The notes below the pieces were generated by a model that was given only the letters and a program-made list of their open reading frames with translations, was not told the DNA's origin and made no database searches. This document shows positions 38,195 to 50,255 of a stretch of DNA of 64,000 nucleotides, piece after piece. Where the stretch lies: the NCBI RefSeq assembly GCF_018350175.1, contig NC_058368.1:48982001-49046000 (forward strand), read 5' to 3'. The DNA is from Felis catus (lineage: Eukaryota). How positions within the stretch are numbered: position 1 is the stretch's first letter; every line of letters starts with the position of its first letter. The position numbers and the translations under genes are program-made.

Positions 38195-39170
38195 CAAGCA
38201 GTCTTTGACTTTCATCATTCCACCATGCATGAATTCATTTATCATGGTTCAATTAAATAACACCAGTTCCTCAACAACACAATTTGGCTGTCATTTATCA
38301 GGTTATATAAACTATGAGTAACTGTATAAAGCACAAACTTTGCTAACTCTTCAGTGCATCACAATCAGTGACCAACCATGTTGCTTCTTTTAAGACTTGT
38401 TGGTGATTGGTCATCGCATGTCTGTCATTCATTGTGTGCACAGACTGTATGATGGTATTTTACAAAATGGATAATTGAAAGAATTGGCTATCAATGATGA
38501 AAGTGTAGCAAGGAAATGAAACAACATAATGCTGAAAGTGAGATTGGAATTGAATACAAACAGAATCATAGGAGAAATGGCTGGCTAAAGGAATGTTGAC
38601 CGCTGCCACTGGCTGAGACTCTCTAGATGGGGGGCCAGAGGCACTTAGCAAAGGTGAGCTTATCTGTACTGAGGAAAGTGGTTGTGATGGAAGGACAAAA
38701 ATGTCCCAGAAGAAGTGACAAAGTCAAAAAAAAAGCTTCACATTAAAGGAATTCTTGAAGAAATTTCTGACACTGAAAGCACAAAGGATAAAGTGTTAGA
38801 AGCTGATTCACACTTAGAAGGGACTATGACAACTGACCAAGGCATAAAAAAGATGCTTCTTCCATGTTGATGAGAAGAAGAAAAGCACTCTTAAAACAAC
38901 TTTGACAATTTTGTTTTTACAGTGAGATGCAACACTTTAATTCTCGAAATTTCTAATATCTAAAATTACAGTATACTAAATATTGATTTTACTCATTTTC
39001 ATTTATCTCTATGTTTATAACCAACAGTATGGTAGCTTTAATGTTTGGAGAAAAAAATTAATGGTCACAGAATGATCTCAATTTTTCCTATTGGTTATTA
39101 ATATTGCTTTGTACAATTTCAGCTTGTACATTTTTATGGTTCCGTATGACTGCAAAGTGAGAACTTCCTG
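38195..39170 (+). mobile_element. Ancient Tigger-family DNA transposon (Tigger13a-like), near full length
   Basis: Degenerate TIRs 'caagcagtctttgactt' and 'gcaaagtgagaacttcctg|ta'; internal decayed transposase-like text ('gtcccagaagaagtgac...cttcacattaaaggaa...gataaagtgttagaagctgat'). Confidence 0.7.
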
Positions 39171-39376
39171 TAGATAGAATTTTGTATCCACCTCCATTAT
39201 AACACCTGTCATGTTGTGTTGTCATGATTTACATGTGTCTATCTTTCACATGAACCACTGGGCTTTTGTGGAATAGGAACAGAATCCTCTGTATATTCCC
39301 CCAAGGCTGTCTATGGCAACTGGAACACAGAAAACCCTCAACAGTTTTGTCATTTGATTGAAATAAATACCTTCTT

Positions 39377-39589
39377 AAAAATTTTTTTTAAATGTTTATT
39401 TTTGTCAGAGAGAGTGAGAGTGTGTGTGAGTGAGAGAGGGACAGAGAAAGAAGGAGACACAGAATCTGAAGGAGGCGCCAGGCTCTGAGCTGTCAGCACA
39501 GAGCCCGACACGGGGCTCAAACCCACCAACCACAAGATCGTGACCTGAGCTGAAGTCAGGCACTTAACCAACTGAGCCACCCAGGCACT
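39377..39589 (-). mobile_element. SINEC
   Basis: Antisense SINEC body. Confidence 0.92.
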
Positions 39590-40060
39590 CATGAAAGAAA
39601 TACTGTCTACTTAATCTCAGAAATTTTTCATGGAAAGCATATTGAACAACATATAATTTCCATATTTGTATGTTCTTGTACCTAAGATTATTAAACAACC
39701 TGAGGACTAGGTGATGACTTTGAGAATTTTTAAGATCAAAGATATTTGGAACTCTGTCTCTCAAAAAAAAAGTTGACAAATACTCCCTATAAATACTTGA
39801 TTCCTGAAACAGTTTGAATCAAGAATGTCCTGATAACAATTTTTAGACAAAACTGTACCTCAAGCCAAATATAAGGGAACGTATGCCTTTATTAGTGTTT
39901 GATTAACAGATTAAAAAAAGCACTCTCATAGACCTAGAGTGTTTCTAAAACACACTAGATACAAAATAGATCTTTTTTCTTAGTTATTATTATTTAGTCA
40001 GTTTGGTTAGAAAGTTGTGATTATAGTGGAACTTGCCTGAAATTAATTTTTGATAAAATG

Positions 40061-40985
40061 GGAAGATGGCGGCTTAGGAGGACGCTGGGCTCACCGCACG
40101 TCCTGCTGATCACTTAGATTCCACCTACACCTGCCTAAATAACCCAGAAAACCGCCAGAGGATTAGCAGAACCCAGACGAGAGGCCAAACCCAGACCCAG
40201 ACGAGAGGCCCACGGAAGAGGGTAGGAAGGGCGGCGAGGCGGTGCGCGCTCCACGGACTGGCGGGAGGGAGCCGGGGCGGAGGGGTGGCTCGCCGGCCAA
40301 GCAGAGCCCCCGAGTCTGGCTGGCAAAAGCGGAGGGGCCTGACGGACTGTGTTCCCACAACAAGCGCGACTTAGCGTCTGGGAGGTCATAAGTTAACAGC
40401 TCTGCTCGGAAAGCGGGAAGGCTGGAGGACAAAGGGAGGGAGAGCTGCTGAGCCCCCGGACGACAGAGCTCAGTTTGGTGGGGAACAAAGGCGCTCGCCA
40501 GCGCCATCTCCCCCGCCCATCCCCCAGCCAAAATCCCAAAGAGAACCAGTTCCCGCCAGGGAACTTGCTCGCTCAGCGCAAACACCCAACTCTGTGCTTC
40601 TGCGGAGCCAAACCTCCTGCAGCGGATCTGACTCCCTCCTGCTGCCACAGGGCCCCTCCTGAAGTGGATCACCTAAGGAGAAGCGATCTAAGCCTGCCCC
40701 TCCTGCCCCTGTGCACCTTGCCTACCCACCCCAGCTAATACGCCAGATCCCCAGCATCACAAGCCTGGCAGTGTGCAAGTAGCCCAGATGGGCCACACCA
40801 CCCCACAGTGAATCCCGCCCCTAGGAGAGGGGAAGAGAAGGTACACACCAGTCTGACTGTGGCCCCAGCGGTGGGCTGGGGGCAGACATCAGGTCTGACT
40901 GCGGCCCCGCCCACCAACTCCAGTTATACACCACAGCACAGGGGAAGTGCCCTGCAGGTCCTCACCACGCCAGGGACTATCCAAA
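40061..40985 (+). promoter_or_regulatory. L1 5'UTR internal promoter / CpG-rich island with YY1-type motif
   Basis: 'aagatggcggc' at 40063-40073 matches the YY1 motif typical of L1 5' ends; the most GC/CpG-rich part of the window. Confidence 0.8.
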
Positions 40986-41878
40986 ATGACCAAGCGGAAG
41001 AATTCCCCTCAGAAGAATCTCCAGGAAATAACAACAGCTAATGAGCTGATCAAAAAGGATTTAAATAATATAACAGAAAGTGAATTTAGAATAATAGTCA
41101 TAAAATTAATTGCTGGGCTTGAAAACAGTATACAGGACAGCTGAGAATCTCTTGCTACAGAGATCAAGGGACTAAGGAACAGTCACGAGGAGCTGAAAAA
41201 CGCTTTAAACGAAATGCATAACAAAATGGAAACCACCACAGCTCGGCTTGAAGAGGCAGAGGAGAGAATAGGTGAACTAGAAGATAAAGTTATGGAAAAA
41301 GAGGAAGCTGAGAAAAAGAGAGATAAAAAAATCCAGGAGTATGAGGGGAAAATTAGAGAACTAAGTGATGCATAAAGAGAAATAATATACGCATAATTGG
41401 TATCCCAGAGGAGGAAGAGAGAGGGAAAGGTGCTGAAGGGGTACTTGAAGAAATAATAGCTGAGAACTTCCCTGAACTGGGGAAGGAAAAAGGCATTGAA
41501 ATTCAAGAGGCACAGAGAACTCCCTTCAGACGTAACTTGAATCGATCTTCTGCACGACATATCATAGTCAAACTGGCAAAATACAAGGATAAAGAGAAAA
41601 TTCTGAAAGCAGCAAGGGGTAAACGTGCCCTCACATATAAAGGGAGACCTATAAGACTCGTGACTGATCTCTCTTTTGAAACTTGGCAGGCCAGAAAGAA
41701 TTGGCACGAGATTTTCAGGGTGCTAGACAGAAAAAATATGCAGCCGAGAATCCTTTATCCAGCAAGTCTGTCATTTAGAATAGAAGGAGAGATAAAGGTC
41801 TTCCCAAACAAACAAAAACTGAAGGAATTTGTCACCACTAAACCAGCCCTACAAGAGATCCTAAGGGGGACCCTGTGA
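40986..41878 (+). pseudogene. L1 ORF1p (RNA-binding chaperone), disrupted
   Basis: MTKRKNSPQ... coiled coil, RRM ('RIIGIPE') and CTD ('QPRILYPASLSF'); premature TGA at 41142-41144 and a 1-bp deletion frameshift near 41372. Confidence 0.93.
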
Positions 41879-41928
41879 GACAAAGTCCCAGAGACATCAC
41901 TACAAGCATAAAACATACAGACATCACA

Positions 41929-44900
41929 ATGACTCTAAACCCGTATCTTTCTATAATAACACTGAATGTAAATGGATTAAATGTGCCAACCAAAAGACAT
42001 AGGGTATCAGAATGGATAAAAAAACAAGACCCATCTATTTGCTGTCTACAAGAGACTCATTTTAGACCTGAGGACACCTTTAGATTGAGAGTGAGGGGAT
42101 GGAGAACTATTTATCATGCGACTGGAAGCCAAAAGAAAGCTGGAGTAGCCATACTTATATCAGACAAACTAGATTTAAAGTAAAGGCTGTAACAAGAGAT
42201 GAAGAAGGACATTATATAATAGTTACAGGGTCTATCCATCAGGAAGAGCTAACAATTATAAATGTCTATGCGCCGAATACAGGAGCCCCCAAATATATAA
42301 AACAATTACTCATAAACATAAGCAACCTTATTGATAAGAATGTGGTAATTGCAGGGGACTTTAACACCCCACTTACAGAAATGGATAGATCATCTAGACA
42401 CACGGTCAATAAAGAAACAAGGGCCCTGAATGAGACATTGGATCAGATGGACTTGACAGATATATTTAGAACTCTACATCCCAAAGCAACAGAATATACT
42501 TTCTTCTCGAGTGCACATGGAACATTCTCCAAGATAGATCATATACTGGGTCACAAAACAGCCCTTCATAAGTTTACAAGAATTGAAATTATACCATGCA
42601 TAATTTCAGACCACAATGCTATGAAGCTTGAAATCAACCACAGAAAAAAGTCTGGAAAACCTCCAAAAGCATGGAGGTTAAAGAACACCCTACTAACGAA
42701 TGAGTGGGTCAACCAGGCAATTAGAGAAGAAATTAAAAAATATATGGAAACAAACGAAAATGAAAATACAACAATCCAAACGCTTTGGGACGCAGCGAAG
42801 GCAGTCCTGAGAGGAAAATACATTGCAATCCAGGCCTATCTCAAGAAACAAGAAAAATCCCAAATACAAAATCTAACAGCACACCTAAAGGAACTAGAAG
42901 CAGAACAGCAAAGGCAGCCTAAACCCAGCAGAAGAAGAGAAATAATAAAGATCAGAGCAGAAATAAACAATATAGAATCTAAAAAAACTGTAGAGCAGAT
43001 CAACGAAACCAAGAGTTGGTTTTTTGAAAAAAATAAACAAAATTGACAAACCTCTAGCCAGGCTTCTCAAAAAGAAAAGGGAGATGACCCAAATAGATAA
43101 AATCATGAATGAAAATGGAATTATTACAACCAATCCCTCAGAGATACAAACAATTATCAGGGAATACTATGAAAAATTATATGCCAACAAATTGGACAAC
43201 CTGGAAGAAATGGACAAATTCCTGAACGCCCACACTCTTCCAAAACTCAATCAGGAGGAAATAGAAAGCTTGAACAGACCCATAACCAGCAAAGAAATTG
43301 AATCGGTTATCAAAAATCTCCCAACAAATAAGAGTCCAGGACCAGATGGCTTCCCAGGGGAGTTCTACCAGACGTTCAAAGCAGAGATAATACCTATCCT
43401 TCTCAAGCTATTCCAAGAAATAGAAAGGGAAGGAAAACTTCCAGACTCATTCTATGAAGCCAGTATTACTTTGATTCCTAAACCAGACAGAGACCCAGTC
43501 AAAAAAGAGAACTACAGGCCAATATCCCTGATGAATATGGATGCAAAAATTCTCAATAAGATACTAGCAAATCGAATTCAACGGCATATAAAAAGAATTA
43601 TTCACCATGATCAAGTGGGATTCATTCCTGGGATGCAGGGCTGGTTCAACATTCGCAAATCAATCAACGTGATACATCACATTAACAAAAAAAAAGAGAA
43701 GAACCATATGATCCTGTCAATCGATGCAGAAAAGGCCTTTGACAAAATCCAGCACCCTTTCTTAATAAAAACCCTTGAGAAAGTCGGGATAGAAGGAACA
43801 TACTTAAAGATCATAAAAGCCATTTATGAAAAGCCCACAGCTAACATCATCCTCAACGGGGAAAAACTGAGAGCTTTTTCCCTGAGATCAGGAACACGAC
43901 AAGGATGCCCACTCTCACCGCTGCTGTTTAACATAGTGCTGGAAGTTCTAGCATCAGCAATCAGACAACAAAAGGAAATCAAAGGCATCAAAATTGGCAA
44001 AGACGAAGTCAAGCTTTCGCTTTTTGCAGATGACATGATATTATACATGGAAAATCCGATAGACTCCACCAAAAGTCTGCTGGAACTGATACATGAATTC
44101 AGCAAAGTTGCAGGATACAAAATCAATGTACAGAAATCAGTTGCATTCTTATACACTAACAATGAAGCAACAGAAAGACAAATAAAGAAACTGATCCCAT
44201 TCACAATTGCACCAAGAAGCATAAAATACCTAGGAATAAATCTAACCAAAGATGTAAAGGATCTGTATGCTGAAAACTATAGAAAGCTTATGAAGGAAAT
44301 TGAAGAAGATTTAAAGAAATGGAAAGACATTCCCTGCTCATGGATTGGAAAAATAAATATTGTCAAAATGTCAATACTACCCAAAGCTATCTACACATTC
44401 AATGCAATCCCAATCAAAATTGCACCAGCATTCTTCTCAAAACTAGAACAAGCAATCCTACAATTCATATGGAACCACAAAAGGCCCCGAATAGCCAAAG
44501 TAATTTTGAAGAAGACCAAAGCAGGAGGCATCACAATCCCAGACTTTAGCCTCTACTACAAAGCTGTCATCATCAAGACAGCATGGTATTGGCACAAAAA
44601 CAGACACATAGACCAATGGAATAGAATAGACACCCCAGAACTAGACCCACAAACGTATGGCCAACTCATCTTTGACAAAGCAGGAAAGAACATCCAATGG
44701 AAAAAAGACAGCCTCTTTAACAAATGGTGCTGGGAGAACTGGACAGCAACATGCAGAAGGTTGAAACTAGACCACTTTCTCACACCATTCACAAAAATAA
44801 ACTCAAAATGGATAAAAGATCTAAATGTGAGACAGGAAACCATCAAAACCCTAGAGGAGAAAGCAGGAAAAGACCTCTCTGACCTCAGCCGTAGCAATCT

Positions 44901-45750
44901 CTTACTCGACACATCCCCAAAGGCAAGGGAATTAAAAGCAAAAGTGAATTACTGGGACCTTATGAAGATAAAAAGCTTCTGCACAGCAAAGGAAACAACC
45001 AACAAAACTAAAAGGCAACCAACGGAATGGGAAAAGATATTCGCAAATGACATATCGGACAAAGGGCTAGTATCCAAAATCTATAAAGAGCTCCCCAAAC
45101 TCCACACCCGAAAAACAAATAACCCAGTGAAGAAATGGGCAGAAAACATGAATAGACACTTCTCTAAAGAAGACATCCGGATGGCCAACAGGCACATGAA
45201 AAGATGTTCAGCGTCGCTCCTTATCAGGGAAATACAAATCAAAACCACACTCAGGTATCACCTCACGCCAGTCAGAGTGGCCAAAATGAACAAATCAGGA
45301 GACTCTAGATGCTGGAGAGGATGTGGAGAAACGGGAACCCTCTTGCACTGTTGGTGGGAATGCAAATTGGTGCAGCCGCTCTGGAAAGCAGTGTGGAGGT
45401 TCCTCAGAAAATTAAAAATAGACCTACCCTATGACCCAGCAATAGCACTGCTAGGAATTTATCCAAGGGATACAGGAGTACTGATGCATAGGGCCACTTG
45501 TACCCCAATGTTCATAGCAGCACTCTCAACAATAGCCAAATTATGGAAAGAGCCTAAATGTCCATCAACTGATGAATGGATAAAGAAATTGTGGTTTATA
45601 TACACAATGGAATATTACGTGGCAATGAGAAAAAATGAAATATGGCCTTTTGTAGCAACGTGGATGGAACTGGAGAGTGTGATGCTAAGTGAAATAAGCC
45701 ATACAGAGAAAGACAGATACCATATGGTTTCACTCTTATGTGGATCCTGA
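41929..45750 (+). pseudogene. L1 ORF2p (APE endonuclease, reverse transcriptase, CCHC), split by two frameshifts
   Basis: EN motifs TLNVNG, LQETH, YAPN, GDFN, KIDH, SDHN; RT QGCPLSP and FADD; CWRGC...HCWWEC; -1 frameshift near 42175 and +1 in the A-run near 43030; 908-aa tail open. Confidence 0.97.
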
Positions 45751-46759
45751 GAAACTTAACAGGAACCCATGGGGGAGGGGAAGGAAAAAAAAAAAAAGAG
45801 GTTAGAGTGGGAGAGAGCCAAAGCATAAGAGACTGTTAAAAACTGAGAACAAACTGAGGGTTTTGGGGGATGGGAGGGAGGAGAGGGTGGGTGATGGGTA
45901 TTGAGGAGGGCACCTTTTGGGATGAGCACTGGGTGTTGTATGAAAACCAATTTGTCAATAAATTTCATATTAAAAAAATAAATTAAAAAAATTTTTTTGA
46001 TAAAATGGTAAAAATTGTTAGTGTTCTTGCCATCTATTTCACTTTCTCCATATCTTTTAACATCAACTCAGTCATTAAAAGTCATTAGGGAACATAGATT
46101 AATTGAGAGTAGAAGAGGTTTTGTAGTTTGATTGTTGTTATATATTTCTTATAGGCCAGCGCTTCTTGAACTCTCTACTGAAGACAGTTACTTCAGTAGA
46201 AGTAGTAAGTTACTAGTAACTTACTAGTTACTGTGTAACTAGTATATAGCTCATGCCACAGGTGACTAACAAGATGAGCCCATTAATCACATTGTAGCCA
46301 TGTCAAATTACTATAAGAGTTTTCTAAGACTTACTTGCAAATTCTCTATCCATCTTGCTGTGGACCAGTTTGTGGTCTATGCTTCAAGTGGCCCACTGAT
46401 AGGCCAGTCTGTGCTCCCTAAGTTCAGCAGTTTAAGCTTTTTGATCACTAGAACTTTAGTTTAGCCATTCGTTCTCATGATCACATCCTTTCCCATGGTG
46501 AGCACAAAGCAGATGTTCAAGAGATGTTTACTAGATAAATAAATGAGCTAACAAACCAGTAAATGATGGAGAAGCCATCAACAAAAAAAGGAATATCAAT
46601 GAAGGGAACAGGAGTTCAAAAGTGAAAAGTGAGGTGCCATGAGGTAAACCTAGGCTTGGGTCAAGGCCCCTCCTAACTGTTGCTGGAGGAGGAATAGGGC
46701 ATTGGGGTAGATTCTTGGGTTGTGGCTCTGTTCAAAAGGTGTCAAGTCAAATATAATAG

Positions 46760-46981
46760 GGGGGGGCACCTGGGTGGCTCAGTCGGTTAAGCGTCCGACT
46801 TCGCTCAGGTCACGATCTCGCGGTCCGCGAGTTCGAGCCCCTCGTCGGGCTCTGGGCTGATGGCTCAGAGCCTGGAGCCTGCTTCCAATTCTGTGTCTCC
46901 CTCTCTCTCTGCCCCTCCCCCGTTCATGCTCTGTCTCTCTCTGTCTCAAAAATAAATAAACGTTAAAAAAAATTAAAAAAA
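46760..46981 (+). mobile_element. Young SINEC_Fc with TSD
   Basis: 'aaatataatagggg' on both sides. Confidence 0.95.
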
Positions 46982-47437
46982 AATATAATAGGGGGGATGG
47001 ATACTCAATGATTTCTGTAAATCTTTCCTTCAACATTAGATCAACAGACCAACTGGACATCTGTAAACCACAAGGATTCTTCTGGCTCTGCTTCATGCTG
47101 TGTAGTTTCTAGATCTCTGAGCATTAAAATGGCATTGTAAGTGGTGTTTTGTCCTCACAACCCATGTCTACTATTATAATAAATACAAAATAAGAGTAAA
47201 ACTTACTAAAGTAAGTGTTAACAGCTTTCATGCTCAAAGCACAGACATACTGAAAGCCTAACTTAGAACAGTTTGTTGTCTAAGAGTCCCTTCTCTTTTT
47301 TGGCATGCCTATGGTGTCATTTTTTTCCACAGGCAATACAGAAAAATAGGAAACAGATATTTATTTTGTAAAGGAAATATTTTCCTTTTAGGGATAAGAT
47401 GATAAATGCTAGGATAAGAAGTAAACAATCTTTCTCA

Positions 47438-47625
47438 AAGTATATATATTATATATTTAAATATATATTTTAGTATTTTTATTAAAATATTTTGTATATT
47501 TAATAAGTATATATTATATATTATAAACATAACATATATCTTTATATTCATATATTTTTACATATTTATAAAAATAAATTTTAAAATATTTTATGTATAT
47601 TATACATACATACATATATACACAC
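47438..47625. repeat. AT-rich low-complexity / degenerate (TA)n
   Basis: Directly visible. Confidence 0.85.
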
Positions 47626-48569
47626 AGAGTAGGGTGAAGGTGGGTTAAATTAACAGTGGATAAAGAAATAAATATTTTAACCAGGCTTTAGTGATTTGCA
47701 CATACAACTAGGACAATGAATTATAGGATAATGTGCAAAGGAAACATAAAATGTTTAATGGCCCTGGTACTCAGTTCACAGCTGTAAAAACCTACTTTGA
47801 GTCATGTTTAATTGAAACATATGCTTTCCAACAGTTTGCAAATTTGTTTTGAAAGTTAACCTGCCCATTTTTTACCTAAAGAAAAAAGATAAAGTGAGAC
47901 ATGCAAAGTATGTATACAGAGACTTTTAAGTATAAAATATTGCAACAGCTAAATGTCGAATAGTCAAAAATTTGGTTTTCTTAAGAATTCCTGTGATTTT
48001 TCATTAAAAGAATTCTCTGTTGCTAACATCTCCGTCAAAACTCTCTTTTCAGTATTCAAGTCAAATTTATGTCACTCCTACTAGACTTCCATCCCTTCCA
48101 CAAGAAGCTGAAAGGCAGTCCAGGCCATCATTGATGATCTGGTTTACATGATGGTGACATCATTCCTAGTGTTGGGAGTGGAACTCCAAATGAACATGAA
48201 TCAAGTTATAATTTGTGACTAAAGAGGTAATGAAAACCAGTTTTATCCTTTCTTAGGAATAAATTCTGAGAATGTAGGCCATCCAATTGACTTCAGCTTT
48301 GGCAGCAAGTTTGAAATTAGGATACTGCAGTATATGATCATTTCTGACAAAATGAAATGATTCAGAGTGGAGGTGAAAATAGGAAAGAAACTCTATAAGG
48401 TAATTATAAAATCTTAAGCACCAAAACTACCAATATCCTTCACCTTGTATGATAGAGTGTACTGAAAAAGTTAAACGTAAATGTAAAGTAGTTGGAATTC
48501 TACTTTAAGAGAAATAGGGATTTTGATTTTTAAGGAAATCTTACTTTAAAAGAATTCCTCTGTAAACCA

Positions 48570-48785
48570 GGGGCACCTGGGTGGCTCAGTTGGTTAAGCG
48601 TCTGACTTCGGCTCGGGTCATGATTCATGGTTCATGAGTTCTAGCCCCACATTGGGCTCTGTGCTGACAGCTCAGAGACTGGAGCCTGCTTTGGAGTCTG
48701 TGTCTCACTCTCTGCCCCTCCCCCACTTGTTCTCTCTCTCTCTCTCTCTCTACAATAAATAAAAGATTAAAAAAAATAAAAAAAA
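48570..48785 (+). mobile_element. SINEC with decayed TSD
   Basis: Flanks 'gaattcctctgtaaacca' and 'gaattcctctttaagcca'. Confidence 0.93.
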
Positions 48786-50044
48786 TGAATTCCTCTTTAA
48801 GCCAAATAACAATGACCTATTCCATCTATTGTATATTATACTTTAGACTAACTTATACTCATTTACATGACAGCATTTCTTAGATATGATAGGAATAATT
48901 TTGGTTATATGCTCAATAAATATATATTAGGTGCTGACAAACAAAAATAACGAAACAAATATAAGTAAAAGTTTATAATGAAAATATTTAAAAATGTAAC
49001 CTGCTATAAACATGAATTTTCTTGTTCATGAAAACTGAAGAAATTATTTTCCTTTTTCGTTTCTTCATTCAACTTCAGCAAAAATAATTTCATAGGTGGT
49101 AGCAACTACTGGGTAATTTTCCAAGTCTTCATTACTTTGAAAAATAATTAAGAATTGATAGTTTAATTTTGTAATTATTGTTATAGAATATTTTTACAAC
49201 TTGATACAGTTTAAAGCTTTAGTCACTCTTCCAGTGTCATTTGATTATGTAGAATAATTGTGATTAAAATCTTATTTTGCACAAGTATTTGGTGGCCATA
49301 TGATGATGAGCTGTTAATTCTTTTAAACATAAATGTTCTTTTACAATAGTGGAATAATATCTCTTTGAAATACAAAGATAAGTGAATCCATTCGTAATAT
49401 GTCAATAAATGTGTAGAGAGCATGGATAACCTCTGAATAGTATTACATATTTTGAGAATTACGAATGATGGGGCTAATGTTGAAGATTTCTGTACCTAAT
49501 TAATCACTCAGTTTAGCAGAGAAATATTAATCTTAGACTAAATCAGGACCGCCCATTACAATGAGAAAAAGAGCTGAGGAGATTCTAAAAGAGATGACGT
49601 ATACAATTATAGAATAATTTTTAAATCTCAAAGTGGAAACAGTTCCAGGGGCATTATTTTCAACATTAACGCCCTAAGTTCCTTTTACAACATTCTGCCA
49701 AACTTATCCAGCCTCTCTACTCACGTTGCTCATGAAAGGGAGCACAGTGTCCCCGTTAGACAGCCCAATTTCAAGGCCACTGAATGGTTAGTTTTTCTTA
49801 TTGATTTGAAATCTATCTTTCTAAGCTTCTCCCCAGTGGGTCAGCACAGCCAAGTAATAGAACATTCTCCACCATCCACCCTCAGCTCCATCCTTTTCAC
49901 CCTCTCCTTCTGAAGTTTGAAAAAGGAATAAACATTAAGAAAAGATGCCTACTTGCTTTTTCCCTGGAGGAGTTCAGCTATTATGAACTTTGTGTGTATG
50001 TGTGTCAATAAAAAAAATCAGTTGATATGATTAACTCGTAAGAG

Positions 50045-50255
50045 GCAGGATAGCCCAATGGTTAAGTGCCAATGCTCTGAGTAGAGGGCCTGGTTTCAAA
50101 TTCAGATTTTGCCTTTTATTAGTCACTGACCTTGGGAAAGTTACTTAACTTCCCAGTGCTTGGTGTCCTTGCTGCTATTGAGATTGGAATTATTTAATAC
50201 AAAACATACGGAACAGTGTCTGGCACATAGTAAGCAGTCAATAATTGTGAATTAT
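50045..50255 (+). mobile_element. MIR (ancient SINE)
   Basis: MIR core 'tgaccttgggaaagttacttaacttc' and tail 'aacagtgtctggcacatagtaagcagtcaataa'. Confidence 0.8.

Larger units (their letters stand above)
40061..45993 (+). mobile_element. Full-length young felid LINE-1 (L1_Fc-like)
   Basis: CpG-rich 5'UTR, ORF1, 50-bp spacer, ORF2, G-rich 3'UTR, AATAAA at 45957-45962, A-rich tail; TSD 'tttttgataaaatgg' at 40047-40061 and 45994-46008. Confidence 0.98.

Noticed and set aside
41183..44912. Antisense ORFs over L1 ORF1/ORF2 (174, 141 and 118 aa)
   Set aside because: Hydrophobic shadow frames produced by the A-rich L1 coding strand.
43024..45750. 908-aa RT ORF as a standalone gene or novel RT system
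   Set aside because: It is the frameshifted tail of ordinary L1 ORF2 (TTG start at the frameshift).
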